Assembly: GCA_963722385.1 (NCBI GenBank) | Contig: CAVRKK010000002.1 | Span: 640,001 to 704,000 of the forward strand | Reading direction: 5' to 3' | Source: an uncultured bacterium | GTDB taxonomy: Bacteria > Babelota > Babeliae > Babelales > Babelaceae | Length of the DNA stretch: 64,000 nt | In this document: piece after piece, positions 1 to 9,049 of the stretch | Layout: every line of letters begins with the position of its first letter | How positions within the stretch are numbered: the stretch's first letter is position 1 | Program-made: the position numbers and the translations under genes | The notes under the pieces: model-generated | The model's input: only the letters and a program-made list of their open reading frames with translations | What the model was told of the DNA's origin: nothing | Databases searched by the model: none

Positions 1-4
1 TCTG

Positions 5-652
5 CTAATCGAAGCCAAGCAAGCGTGCAAAGTACCAGCGCAAAGGATACACAAGCATGATAGCGCCAAGCACACCATCGATCCTATCTAAAAAGCCCCC
101 ATGACCAGGCAATAACGAACCAGCATCTTTCAGGCCAACGCGCCGCTTAAGATACGACTCAAAGAGATCACCTGCCGTTGCTGCAGTGCAAATCATCAGG
201 CAGAAGATAAAAATTGCTCCTAGGGATGATGGATGACCGCTTGAGGCTAAAAATATTTCTGAGCCACAGAGCGCCGCGACAAACCCACCAACTACGCCTT
301 CCCAGGTTTTTTGAGGACTAATAGCAGGACACAGCTTATACCTACCCCATTGCTTGCCCGCCAAAAATGCCCCAGCATCATAACTTGACACCGTCACCAG
401 TAAAAGCGAAAGCAAAAGGCGCATGGCGCCCTGATTAAGGGCTACTAATAAGAGAAATGGTAAAATAGGATACAGCGGGGTAAGCCATGGCAGACGAAAG
501 AGCGGCCACTCGGTCCTCAAAACAAACAAGAGAACACCAATTAAAATGAGCGAAAAAACCCATGCAGGTGCGTATACATAGCAGGCTATGAGGCCGACTA
601 TGAGTACCGTGCTTGTTATCATTCTTTGAAGAAGTTCGTGATGAAATCTCAT
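5..652 (-). CDS. cdsA: Phosphatidate cytidylyltransferase (CDP-diglyceride synthetase)
   Basis: Hydrophobic protein with the family motifs ISPQKTWEG, GDLFESYLKR and KDAGSLLPGHGGFLDRID. Confidence 0.95.
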   Translation of the reverse strand: MRFHHELLQRMITSTVLIVGLIACYVYAPAWVFSLILIGVLLFVLRTEWPLFRLPWLTPLYPILPFLLLVALNQGAMRLLLSLLLVTVSSYDAGAFLAGKQWGRYKLCPAISPQKTWEGVVGGFVAALCGSEIFLASSGHPSSLGAIFIFCLMICTAATAGDLFESYLKRRVGLKDAGSLLPGHGGFLDRIDGVLGAIMLVYPLRWYFARLLGFD

Positions 653-658
653 TGGTAT

Positions 659-1027
659 TTATTCTTCGGCGGCGGTAAAAGCGTTGGCAATATAGGTAAG
701 AGTATAATTGCTTTCTTGCTTTTCTAAAAGAGCAACATCAAATCGATATACCCTGTCTTGCAACCTCTGGTAAGCTATGTAGGCACGCGCTGTCTTGATA
801 ATCTTTTTTTGCTTATCACGACCAACTACTTCCGATAGATGAAAATAGTGGCGCTGACGCAGCTTTACCTCAACAAAGATAAGAAGCTCGCCCCTCACCG
901 CAATAATATCAATTTCACCCCAGCGAAGTGCATAATTATACGCGGCAATGGAAAATTGCTGCTCCTCAAGATAACGGCCAACCAGCTGCTCACCCTCAGA
1001 GCCGAGTTGCCTGCGGATATTTACCAT
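659..1027 (-). CDS. YraN/UPF0102 family putative endonuclease
   Basis: LGSEGEQ...WGEIDII...FVEVK...RFDV motifs; 122 aa. Confidence 0.92.
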   Translation of the reverse strand: MVNIRRQLGSEGEQLVGRYLEEQQFSIAAYNYALRWGEIDIIAVRGELLIFVEVKLRQRHYFHLSEVVGRDKQKKIIKTARAYIAYQRLQDRVYRFDVALLEKQESNYTLTYIANAFTAAEE

Positions 1028-1856
1028 GTCGTTTCGTTTGTAACCATCTTGTTATAAAAGATTCTTCAGGCTCAGCATGCTTGTCCACGTAATCGCTTAC
1101 TTGCGTAAGAGCATACACTAAGCCGTCTCGGTATATCTCCGGCGAGGAAGTATCAATCTGGCCAAGGTTCAGAAGGTTTTCAGCACCCTTGAGATTGGCA
1201 GCATATTCTTTGAGGGCATATTCGAGGCGATCATGCGCAGCCTTAAGAACACTCTGCTTCGGCTCGTAAACGTATTTACTCAGGTAAAATTGTATGGCAG
1301 CAACTTCGCTTTTAAGTAGTTTTAAAAGCGTGAGACGAATAATTTTCTTTACGTCCTTAGTATATTCGGTTCCTTCAGGAAACTCCTCAAGAAATTGCCG
1401 CGCAAGAGCGAGCGTCTCAAGCGTTTTGCTCTGATCTTTGCTACTAAGAAGCGAATCATACTTATTGGCCACAATCTCACGATACAAAACGTACGTTATA
1501 GCCGGACTTCCTGGGTAAAAGATCTTATACTGATTATAAAGCTTGCTCGCCTTGCTGCGCTGGCCCAGTTCCATGTAGAGATCAGCAAGCTCAAGGGTAA
1601 GCTCACGTCGCACATCATGGTCTTTGGCTAAACTAAGCGCATGATCAAGGTACTTGGCAGCAAGAGCGCTATCCTGCATTTTGAGATAATAATTTTTGCA
1701 TGTTAATGCTTCTTCTAGGTTCGTTTGACGGATACCCTTCATCGGTAACACTTCAACATTCGCTTTCCGGAGCCGTCGCGATGTCTGGACCCGTGGTCCG
1801 CAACCGCTCATAAAAACGATGGCAAGCAGAAGCAAAATTCTGAAATAATATGTCAT
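996..1856 (-). CDS. bamD: BamD-like outer-membrane assembly lipoprotein (TPR)
   Basis: Lipobox-like MSGC; TPR-like helices with YPGS, DQSKT and FLEEFPEG segments typical of BamD/YfiO. Confidence 0.7.
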   Translation of the reverse strand: MTYYFRILLLLAIVFMSGCGPRVQTSRRLRKANVEVLPMKGIRQTNLEEALTCKNYYLKMQDSALAAKYLDHALSLAKDHDVRRELTLELADLYMELGQRSKASKLYNQYKIFYPGSPAITYVLYREIVANKYDSLLSSKDQSKTLETLALARQFLEEFPEGTEYTKDVKKIIRLTLLKLLKSEVAAIQFYLSKYVYEPKQSVLKAAHDRLEYALKEYAANLKGAENLLNLGQIDTSSPEIYRDGLVYALTQVSDYVDKHAEPEESFITRWLQTKRHGKYPQATRL

Positions 1857-2007
1857 GTAGTGCCCGTTGATCGTTGAATTATTGTTATTTTAGCTTATAA
1901 ACTGGCTCTTGCGAGCTTTTAACCAAGCACATACTTAATGTATTACACAATTTGTTATCAGGCAAGTCTGTGGTATCTTAAGTAATAAAATATAAGGGGT
2001 TTTCCTC

Positions 2008-3720
2008 ATGGTGGAAAAAAATATTGGCGAAATCCTAAAAGAGCTGGGCCTCATTAGCTCCGAGCAATACGAAACGTTTCAAGCGGCAAGCAAAAAGCTC
2101 GGACAGGATTTTGAAACGTATGTCATTGCCCACAATCTTGTGCGTGACAAAGACCTTGCCCAAGCGCGGGCGGTCAAGTTCGGTTTGCCATTGATAGAGG
2201 TGATTACCGATAAAATGGCAGAGCCCGATGTGCTCGGCAAAATTCCCTTAAAATTCCTTCGCGAAAATAGCATCATCCCTTTACGCAGCCCGACGGGCAC
2301 CATCATAATAGCCATGGCCGACCCGCTCAATTACCAACCCGCCGATGAGCTCGACAGCCTCTTTGGGGGCTCAACATCCCGCGCCGTGGCAGCACGCTCA
2401 ACCATTATTGATGCCATTAATCGTTATTACCCTCTTGAAGGCACCAAGCAAATGATCGCCGAGCTTGAGGAAGAAAAAGGCCTCGGACCCGAAATGGATT
2501 TCGGTACGATCCAAGAAGAAGATATATTGGGCATGGCAAGCGAGGCGCCTATCATAAAGCTCGTCAATCATATTCTCTATCAGGCGGTCAAGCGGGACGC
2601 CTCAGATATTCACATCGAGCCTTTTGAAAAAGAGCTCCAAGTACGATATCGCATTGATGGTGTTCTCCACACGGTTATGATGCCCCCTAAGCGTGCGCAA
2701 GCAGCGATTATATCTCGTATCAAAATTATGGCTAACTTGAATATCGCTGAAAAGCGACAGCCGCAGGATGGTCGCATTCAGATCAAGATTGCGGACAAGC
2801 CAATTGATATACGGGTATCGGTGCTGCCCGTTGTCTTTGGCGAGCGCGTTGTGATGCGGCTATTGGACCAAAGTAAAACATTTGCCTCGTTATATGAGCT
2901 CGGCTTTAGCGAGCGCGATTTTAAGATTGTGATGAATAGCATCGCGCAACCCAATGGCATCATCTTAATCACCGGTCCAACCGGCTCTGGTAAGACAACA
3001 ACCCTCTATGCCATCTTGAGCAAGCTCAATAGCCCCGAAGTTAATATCATTACGGTTGAAGACCCCGTTGAATACCAAGTCCCTGGTATCGGACAAGTAC
3101 AGGTAAAAGAGAGCATAGGGCTCACCTTTGCCGCCGCGCTTCGCTCCATTCTGCGCCAGGACCCCGACATCATCATGATTGGTGAAACACGCGACCGGGA
3201 GACGGCCCAGATTGCTATTCAAGCCGCCCTGACCGGGCATCTTGTCTTGAGCACATTGCATACCAATAGTGCAGCAGCCAGCATCACCCGCTTAATTGAC
3301 ATGGGTATCGAGCCGTTCCTCATCGCATCAACACTTTTGTCAGTCGTAGCCCAGCGACTCGTGCGCAAGCTTTGTCCCCATTGCAAGAGAGAGTACAAGC
3401 CTGATCCTGATCTCTTAAAGCGCCTCGGAATATCACCAGCGCAGGCCCAGCATATACATTTTTACCAGGCAGTTGGCTGCCCCGAGTGCTCAAACACTGG
3501 CTACAAAGGACGAATGGCTCTCTTTGAAGTAATGCTTATGAGCAATACAATTGCACGTATGACCGTGGAGCGAGCTGATTCCGCGCTTATTCAGCAGGAA
3601 GCAGTCAAAGAAGGCATGACACTCTTGCTTGATGATGGCGTTCGCAAGGTCAAGCTCGGGCTGACAACGATCGAAGAGGTCCTTTCTGTTGCTACAACCG
3701 CTGTGCAGGAAGCGCTCTAA
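2008..3720 (+). CDS. gspE: Type II secretion / type IV pilus assembly ATPase (GspE/PilB)
   Basis: ASDIHIEP, Walker A GPTGSGKTT, TVEDPVE, LRQDPDIIMIGETRD, TGHLVLSTLHTN and two CxxC pairs. Confidence 0.95.
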   Translation: MVEKNIGEILKELGLISSEQYETFQAASKKLGQDFETYVIAHNLVRDKDLAQARAVKFGLPLIEVITDKMAEPDVLGKIPLKFLRENSIIPLRSPTGTIIIAMADPLNYQPADELDSLFGGSTSRAVAARSTIIDAINRYYPLEGTKQMIAELEEEKGLGPEMDFGTIQEEDILGMASEAPIIKLVNHILYQAVKRDASDIHIEPFEKELQVRYRIDGVLHTVMMPPKRAQAAIISRIKIMANLNIAEKRQPQDGRIQIKIADKPIDIRVSVLPVVFGERVVMRLLDQSKTFASLYELGFSERDFKIVMNSIAQPNGIILITGPTGSGKTTTLYAILSKLNSPEVNIITVEDPVEYQVPGIGQVQVKESIGLTFAAALRSILRQDPDIIMIGETRDRETAQIAIQAALTGHLVLSTLHTNSAAASITRLIDMGIEPFLIASTLLSVVAQRLVRKLCPHCKREYKPDPDLLKRLGISPAQAQHIHFYQAVGCPECSNTGYKGRMALFEVMLMSNTIARMTVERADSALIQQEAVKEGMTLLLDDGVRKVKLGLTTIEEVLSVATTAVQEAL

Positions 3721-4214
3721 TGCGCCATGGCTTTGGCCTTCTAGAGCTTGCAATCGCTCTTGGCGTACTCGCACTTATTGCTCTCTTGACGCTGCCAACG
3801 CTGCGTATCATTGATGAGCTGACTGTATCACTCGCGGTCGATAATCTTTATGCGCAGTTGCTCAGCCTGCAACAACAGGCGCGCTTACTAGGCAAGATCC
3901 GTACCATGACGGTGTTTCCAGAAGCTGGCTCATATAGCGTGGCATCAAAAAAGTATGTACTGCCACCCCTTGTACGCTTTGGCATTATCCCCGGCGTCAA
4001 AGGACCGCCATCAAAGCCGCTCAACACCCTTAGTAAGCCGGTAACGTTTACCGACCAGGTGATCACGTTTCATCCTTCGGGAGCTTTACAATCAGGAGCG
4101 CTCTACCTTACCGATCAAGCGGGGCTCTGTCTTTATGCGGTGACCGTGGGGGTAGCGCCCTATTCATATGTCCGGCGATATGCCTATCAAGATGGCTGGG
4201 TACTCATGTCATGA
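3720..4214 (+). CDS. Prepilin/pseudopilin (GspH/FimT-like)
   Basis: Class III signal GFGLLELAIAL; start overlaps the gspE stop. Confidence 0.8.
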   Translation: MRHGFGLLELAIALGVLALIALLTLPTLRIIDELTVSLAVDNLYAQLLSLQQQARLLGKIRTMTVFPEAGSYSVASKKYVLPPLVRFGIIPGVKGPPSKPLNTLSKPVTFTDQVITFHPSGALQSGALYLTDQAGLCLYAVTVGVAPYSYVRRYAYQDGWVLMS

Positions 4215-6967
4215 AGGCACTCATTACGCTCATGGCAATCACCATAGGTAGCGCGCTCGGCTTTTGTCTAATCGGCCTTCAGCTGAGCCATGATGAGCAC
4301 GTCAAAAAGGTTGTCGAGCAGCACGTAATGGCGACGCTCAGCAGAGGGCTTGGCTGTTCTCTCAACGGGCGCCTCGAAAGCTTTAACCTGCTAACCGGTA
4401 TGTTAGAATTTTCCGATGTTATTGCCGAGGACCGACGAAAGAGCTGGCGATGGCATGCGCAGCAGGCCTTTGTATCTTTTTCTCGCTTTGAGCTTCTCTT
4501 GCATCGTGTTTTGAAGCTCCACATCACGCTTGCCGCCGTTGAAGCATTTTCGCATCTTAATGGTATACAATTAGCGATTACTTCGCACATTAAAGCCTGG
4601 ATTTCATTGCCTGCCGGCCCGCTTGTTACTTCGCTCAAGTCGCTTCGCCTGCGTGATGCCCGGATAAGAATTATTGAGGCGGGCGGCCAGGCTCCGTCAG
4701 AATCATCAGCCACCCTGCATGGGCAGCTAACCATAACCGCGCACGCGGTGCAAATCGCTGCCGCTTTGGGAGACGCAACGGTCACACGGCACGGGGTACG
4801 ATACTTTGAAGCAGCAAGCGGTTTATGTCGTGCTTATATTCCACGAACAGATGCTCATCGATCCAAAGACGTTCTTCACCTTGATCTTAACGCGGTGGGT
4901 AAGTGTGCCTGCCTGCCCTCCTTTAAGCCGCAGTGCTCATTAACGGCGTCATGGCAATCAGGCAAGGTGAGTGGAATATTTTATAGCGAACACCATGAAA
5001 TGGACGCCAAGCTGGTCGGTGACACAAGTGCGGTAACCGTTACCGGCAAGGTGCCCTATAGGTATGTAGCCGATTTTATGGGCCACGCCGAGCCGGAAGC
5101 ATTTGTCGGTGATGCTGCCTATGTTCTTACGTCATCGCCGAAAGCGTTAGCGCTTAAGAAGGCAAGTGGCACGGTCACGCTCAACGCTGGTCGCTACCGC
5201 GCTTATGACGTACCCCAAGGCACGCTGCAATTTAAAACAATGCCCGACACCCTACAAGGCGAGGCGGCGCTTTCTTATGGTGGCCTGCGCGTTGGAGGTG
5301 ATTGGCAATGGGATATGCAGACACGTCGCGGGCATGCCACGTGCGCTAACGTTAGTGAATTTGTTCTACCTGGAGTTGGCGTTTGTCCTTCGCAGGCTGC
5401 TCATGCCGATATTGCACTTGATGCAGCAGGAATTATAGAGGGTTCCTATGGTATTGATCTTGACCAGAACGATGAAACAATAAAGGGAAACTTTAAGATT
5501 GGCAAGCATGGCGGCGAGGTTACGATTGCTCGGGGCGAGGGGTTACTGGCGCTTAGCGCAAAATTTGAGCCGCGTATGCACCTTTCTGCACTTGATTACA
5601 AAGAGGGAGATGGGCAGCAAGCAACCGTTATCTGCTCAGCAGATGGCGCTTTTGAGGGAAGAATCGAGTATGGGATTCTTAAAAAGCTTACCAAGCTGCT
5701 CAAGGTGGGCAATATGGAGGTAGGAGGCGAAAGAGCGGCGTCGGTTCGCGGTAGGCTCAAGGGCGATAAGGTGTTTTTTGAGAGCGAATTTGATCAAGCA
5801 CGCATCCGCTTACCCGAGACGTATACAATCGTGCAAGCAGGCCAGCTACGGGGTGAGCTCGACTGGCGAGCGGGTTCGCTTATTCTGCACGAGGGGCAGG
5901 TGACGCTTAACAAGGGAAAGATCCGAATCCCTCATGCCAACCTCTCCTGCCCACGTTATCGCGACTTTATATCCGGCGACGTTCCTGCGCCGCCCATTTT
6001 TGTGCATATGCCGCTTATTCTGGACGACTGCTTTGTCCACTGGAAAAAAGATATTATTGGGAGCGTTTCTGGCATCCTTACGCTAAGCATTACCGATGAG
6101 CAGGCGCTGATCAAAGGGTATGTTACGCTCGACAAGACCCATATACAGAGCAACGTGCTCTCATCTAAGTTTGAGGCTGAGTTGACCAAGGGTATTATGA
6201 TGGCACGTGATAAGCCGCTCGCCAACGTGAAGCTTGATATTGGCATCATTTCGGGAACACTGGTACGCGTCAAAACAGCGTTTTTGAAGGCCGATGCACT
6301 CTTCCGGCTTGCGCTGCACGGGACCTTGGCTATGCCTGAGCTCTCTGGGAGCATACAGCTTGCCGAAGGGGTGCTCAATTTTCCCTATCAGCCACTTTAT
6401 ATTACGCATGGGCGTATTTATTTCTTTGCGCATCAGCTTCAAGACCCGACGCTGGAGCTTGCTGCCAAGAACAAGATAAAGAATTATGTGGTCACCATGA
6501 ATGTAACAGGCTCGTTACGCCAGCCGCTTATAACGTTTACTTCATCGCCCGAACTGACCGAGGGTCAAATTATCACGTTGCTCTTAGGCGGCGCCGAGGA
6601 CGGGTCGTTGTTTCTTGCCATGCCGGTTTCGCTTACGAACAGTATTGAGAACCTGATGTTTGGGCCAGCCGAGTCGACTTCGCAGCTCCAGCGATACCTG
6701 GGCAATCTCTTCAAGCCGCTCAAAAGTGTTCGCATCGTCCCGCGTTTTAGCGATGAGTCTGGGCGAGGCGGGCTGCGCGGCTCGCTTATGATCGAGGTTA
6801 ATGATAATTTGCGAGCGACCATTCAGAAGAATTTTGATTTATCAGAGGACGTGCTTATCGAAGTGGAGTACGGCCTGCCCAATAATATGGTCATACGCGC
6901 CGTAAAAGACGAGCGCGGCGATCTGGGAGCCGAGCTAGAAAAAGTGTGGAAGTTCTCACGCCCGTGA
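4211..6967 (+). CDS. tamB: TamB/AsmA-like translocation and assembly module protein
   Basis: N-terminal membrane anchor, long beta-rich body, DUF490-like C-terminus (PELSGSIQL, DPTLELAA, TSSPELTEGQIITLLLG). Confidence 0.8.
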   Translation: MKALITLMAITIGSALGFCLIGLQLSHDEHVKKVVEQHVMATLSRGLGCSLNGRLESFNLLTGMLEFSDVIAEDRRKSWRWHAQQAFVSFSRFELLLHRVLKLHITLAAVEAFSHLNGIQLAITSHIKAWISLPAGPLVTSLKSLRLRDARIRIIEAGGQAPSESSATLHGQLTITAHAVQIAAALGDATVTRHGVRYFEAASGLCRAYIPRTDAHRSKDVLHLDLNAVGKCACLPSFKPQCSLTASWQSGKVSGIFYSEHHEMDAKLVGDTSAVTVTGKVPYRYVADFMGHAEPEAFVGDAAYVLTSSPKALALKKASGTVTLNAGRYRAYDVPQGTLQFKTMPDTLQGEAALSYGGLRVGGDWQWDMQTRRGHATCANVSEFVLPGVGVCPSQAAHADIALDAAGIIEGSYGIDLDQNDETIKGNFKIGKHGGEVTIARGEGLLALSAKFEPRMHLSALDYKEGDGQQATVICSADGAFEGRIEYGILKKLTKLLKVGNMEVGGERAASVRGRLKGDKVFFESEFDQARIRLPETYTIVQAGQLRGELDWRAGSLILHEGQVTLNKGKIRIPHANLSCPRYRDFISGDVPAPPIFVHMPLILDDCFVHWKKDIIGSVSGILTLSITDEQALIKGYVTLDKTHIQSNVLSSKFEAELTKGIMMARDKPLANVKLDIGIISGTLVRVKTAFLKADALFRLALHGTLAMPELSGSIQLAEGVLNFPYQPLYITHGRIYFFAHQLQDPTLELAAKNKIKNYVVTMNVTGSLRQPLITFTSSPELTEGQIITLLLGGAEDGSLFLAMPVSLTNSIENLMFGPAESTSQLQRYLGNLFKPLKSVRIVPRFSDESGRGGLRGSLMIEVNDNLRATIQKNFDLSEDVLIEVEYGLPNNMVIRAVKDERGDLGAELEKVWKFSRP

Positions 6968-6991
6968 GTGTACTCATCTGCATTCAATCGA

Positions 6992-7214
6992 ATCGCCTGT
7001 GCGGCTGGCACGCCTATGCTGCGGGCAGCAGGAGCGTGCTCCTGCACCTGTCGATTTTGTTTCTTTCTTTACATGCTTATTTCTCGATTTTGTTTAATGC
7101 CATAACCGTGCGGAGCGCATGATTACGGCAAACGCAATTCTCCTCACGGAGAATAGAAAGTTTCTTATATGTCAACAGCAGCTTCTCTATTAAAAGAGGA
7201 CTAAAATCTTTAAT
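6992..7214 (+). repeat. Intergenic hairpin repeat family, copy 1 (3'-truncated, type 2)
   Basis: ATCGCCT end, two 17-bp units, GCAGGAGCGTGCTCCTGCACC hairpin and CAATTCTCCTCACGGAGAAT; closely matches the 5' part of the copies at 52332 and 61314 and stops after CTAAAATCTTTAAT. Confidence 0.85.
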
Positions 7215-7324
7215 ATATATTAGCTTCTTTTTACTTAATGTACAAAACAAAGATAAGAGCTTAGAGGGGAATACACACTGTTTTATCTTTTGATACTTTT
7301 CGGCGATCGTGTTTGTTATTCATA

Positions 7325-7501
7325 AGAAGAAAAGTGCTGTACGAAGCTCAAAAGCCGTTTGATTTGATCTTAAAAAATGAACATGGTACATTTTGGCGTC
7401 GACTTATAGATATGTTCAGGAACGGTGAATTAGATTCAAGCTTCACGTTAAGCACAATTCAGACGATTCTTGCAACACTCAGTATCAGATTTAATGATTA
7501 A
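7325..7501 (+). pseudogene. C-terminal fragment of a large serine recombinase spanning the left attachment site
   Basis: KVLYEAQKPFDLILKNEHGTFWR aligns with KVLYDANKPFDLIINNEDRVLWR at the end of the 17829-19289 recombinase. Confidence 0.8.
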
Positions 7502-7524
7502 CAGATAGTTTACTTAAGAATTCA

Positions 7525-7552
7525 AGCGAGGAGGTTAGTTAACCTCCTCGCT
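7525..7552. terminator. Hairpin, probable bidirectional terminator
   Basis: AGCGAGGAGGTTA-GT-TAACCTCCTCGCT perfect inverted repeat between convergent reading frames. Confidence 0.6.
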
Positions 7553-7608
7553 AACTCCTCAGCTTAGAAAAATAGCCACATCGATGCCTTAGAGCTATTC
7601 ATGATTGA

Positions 7609-8763
7609 CTAACTATTCTTTTCATGTTTTGTTATGGTCTTTGTAACCCACGCAGATATTGTGTACAAAGCAACAGGAGCCATCGTCTCCTTAATAGTCG
7701 CGTACTCCGACAAAGCACCCGTTTGACACGTTTGAAATACATGGTTCAGATTAGGCAATTCAATGAGTGTATACTCCTTATGCCCAGATATTTCAAAAGC
7801 TTTTTTAAGAATTGGAAATATCTTAGCTGGCGAAGTAGTCATATCAAGACTTCCTACAATCGCTAGTGTAGGAACCTTAATGGCCTCCAGAATAGGCCTT
7901 GGATCATAATTCAAATAAAAGTGATATGCAGGCGAAGTTACTATATTCACATACATATCAATCTTCGGTTCGGTAAATGCCCAAGATAGCCTTTCTGATT
8001 CACGCTTCATTGAATCTGGAAGCTTAGCCCAATAATGAACTATCGCATCTCTAATGTGCTGACCAGCAGCTTGTTTATCAATTTCTTGCTGAGCTATTGT
8101 GTAAATAGCAGATCTCAAGGATTTATCACCAGCGATAAATTCTTCACTTGCACCATCTACTCGTAGCTGCAAACCTGCTTGATAAACAATATTGTCTACA
8201 CCAAGTGCAATATATGGTGCCATAAGTACCATAAAATTTACATCTTTAGATTGTGCTGCAACCATAGTAGCTATAAGGCCACCTTCACTAAGTCCAATAA
8301 GTCCTATCTGATTCTTGTTAATCTCGCTTCTTGTTTTGAGATATTCAATTCCAGCAAGTACATCTTGAGCTAGTTCCTTGCTTGTTACATTTGCCCAATT
8401 TCCAGTAGACTTACCAACACCACGTTTGTCATATCGCAGTACTGCTATACCTTGCGAAGTTAAATGTTCTGCAAGAACTTTAAAATATTTGTGCCCCATA
8501 CCTGTTACGTCACGGTCATTTGGCCCATAGCCAGCAATAAGCACAACTGCAGGAAAGGTTTCATTGGCACTATCAGGGATTGTTAATGTTCCCGAAAGTG
8601 TTATTCCTTCTGCATTATTTGTATAACTAACTTCTTCTTGCTTGTGTTGAATTTTATGTGCTTGATTTGATTGCATTGTTTGTGCCTTCTCAAAGGATAT
8701 TATCAAAAAAGTTCCCATAATAATGGATAAAACTTGAAACATTTTAAACATGTTTACATCCAA
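7609..8763 (-). CDS. Secreted alpha/beta-fold hydrolase (CocE/peptidase S9/S15-like)
   Basis: LSGTLTIP, AGYGPNDRD, LRYDKRGVG, nucleophile elbow GLSEGG, LNHVFQ; N-terminal signal-like segment. Confidence 0.88.
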   Translation of the reverse strand: MDVNMFKMFQVLSIIMGTFLIISFEKAQTMQSNQAHKIQHKQEEVSYTNNAEGITLSGTLTIPDSANETFPAVVLIAGYGPNDRDVTGMGHKYFKVLAEHLTSQGIAVLRYDKRGVGKSTGNWANVTSKELAQDVLAGIEYLKTRSEINKNQIGLIGLSEGGLIATMVAAQSKDVNFMVLMAPYIALGVDNIVYQAGLQLRVDGASEEFIAGDKSLRSAIYTIAQQEIDKQAAGQHIRDAIVHYWAKLPDSMKRESERLSWAFTEPKIDMYVNIVTSPAYHFYLNYDPRPILEAIKVPTLAIVGSLDMTTSPAKIFPILKKAFEISGHKEYTLIELPNLNHVFQTCQTGALSEYATIKETMAPVALYTISAWVTKTITKHEKNS

Positions 8764-9049
8764 AATAACTAGAGACTAAAAAAAATATAATAGAAATATT
8801 TGTTTTAAATTTGCCTGAATAAAATGTTTTATTGCAATATGCGTTACATTAAAACATTAAATACTAATAATCACCATATTTCTGATGATTTTTATGCGCG
8901 GCAAACAGAAGAAGAAAAGACTTTCACAACACACCTCATAATCAGTTCAGTATCCTTAAGATACCTAAACATTCATAATTTAATCTCTCATAATAGTGTT
9001 TTAATGTCAAATCCAATAGACAAGACTTTAACGGTCCTCACATACAAAT

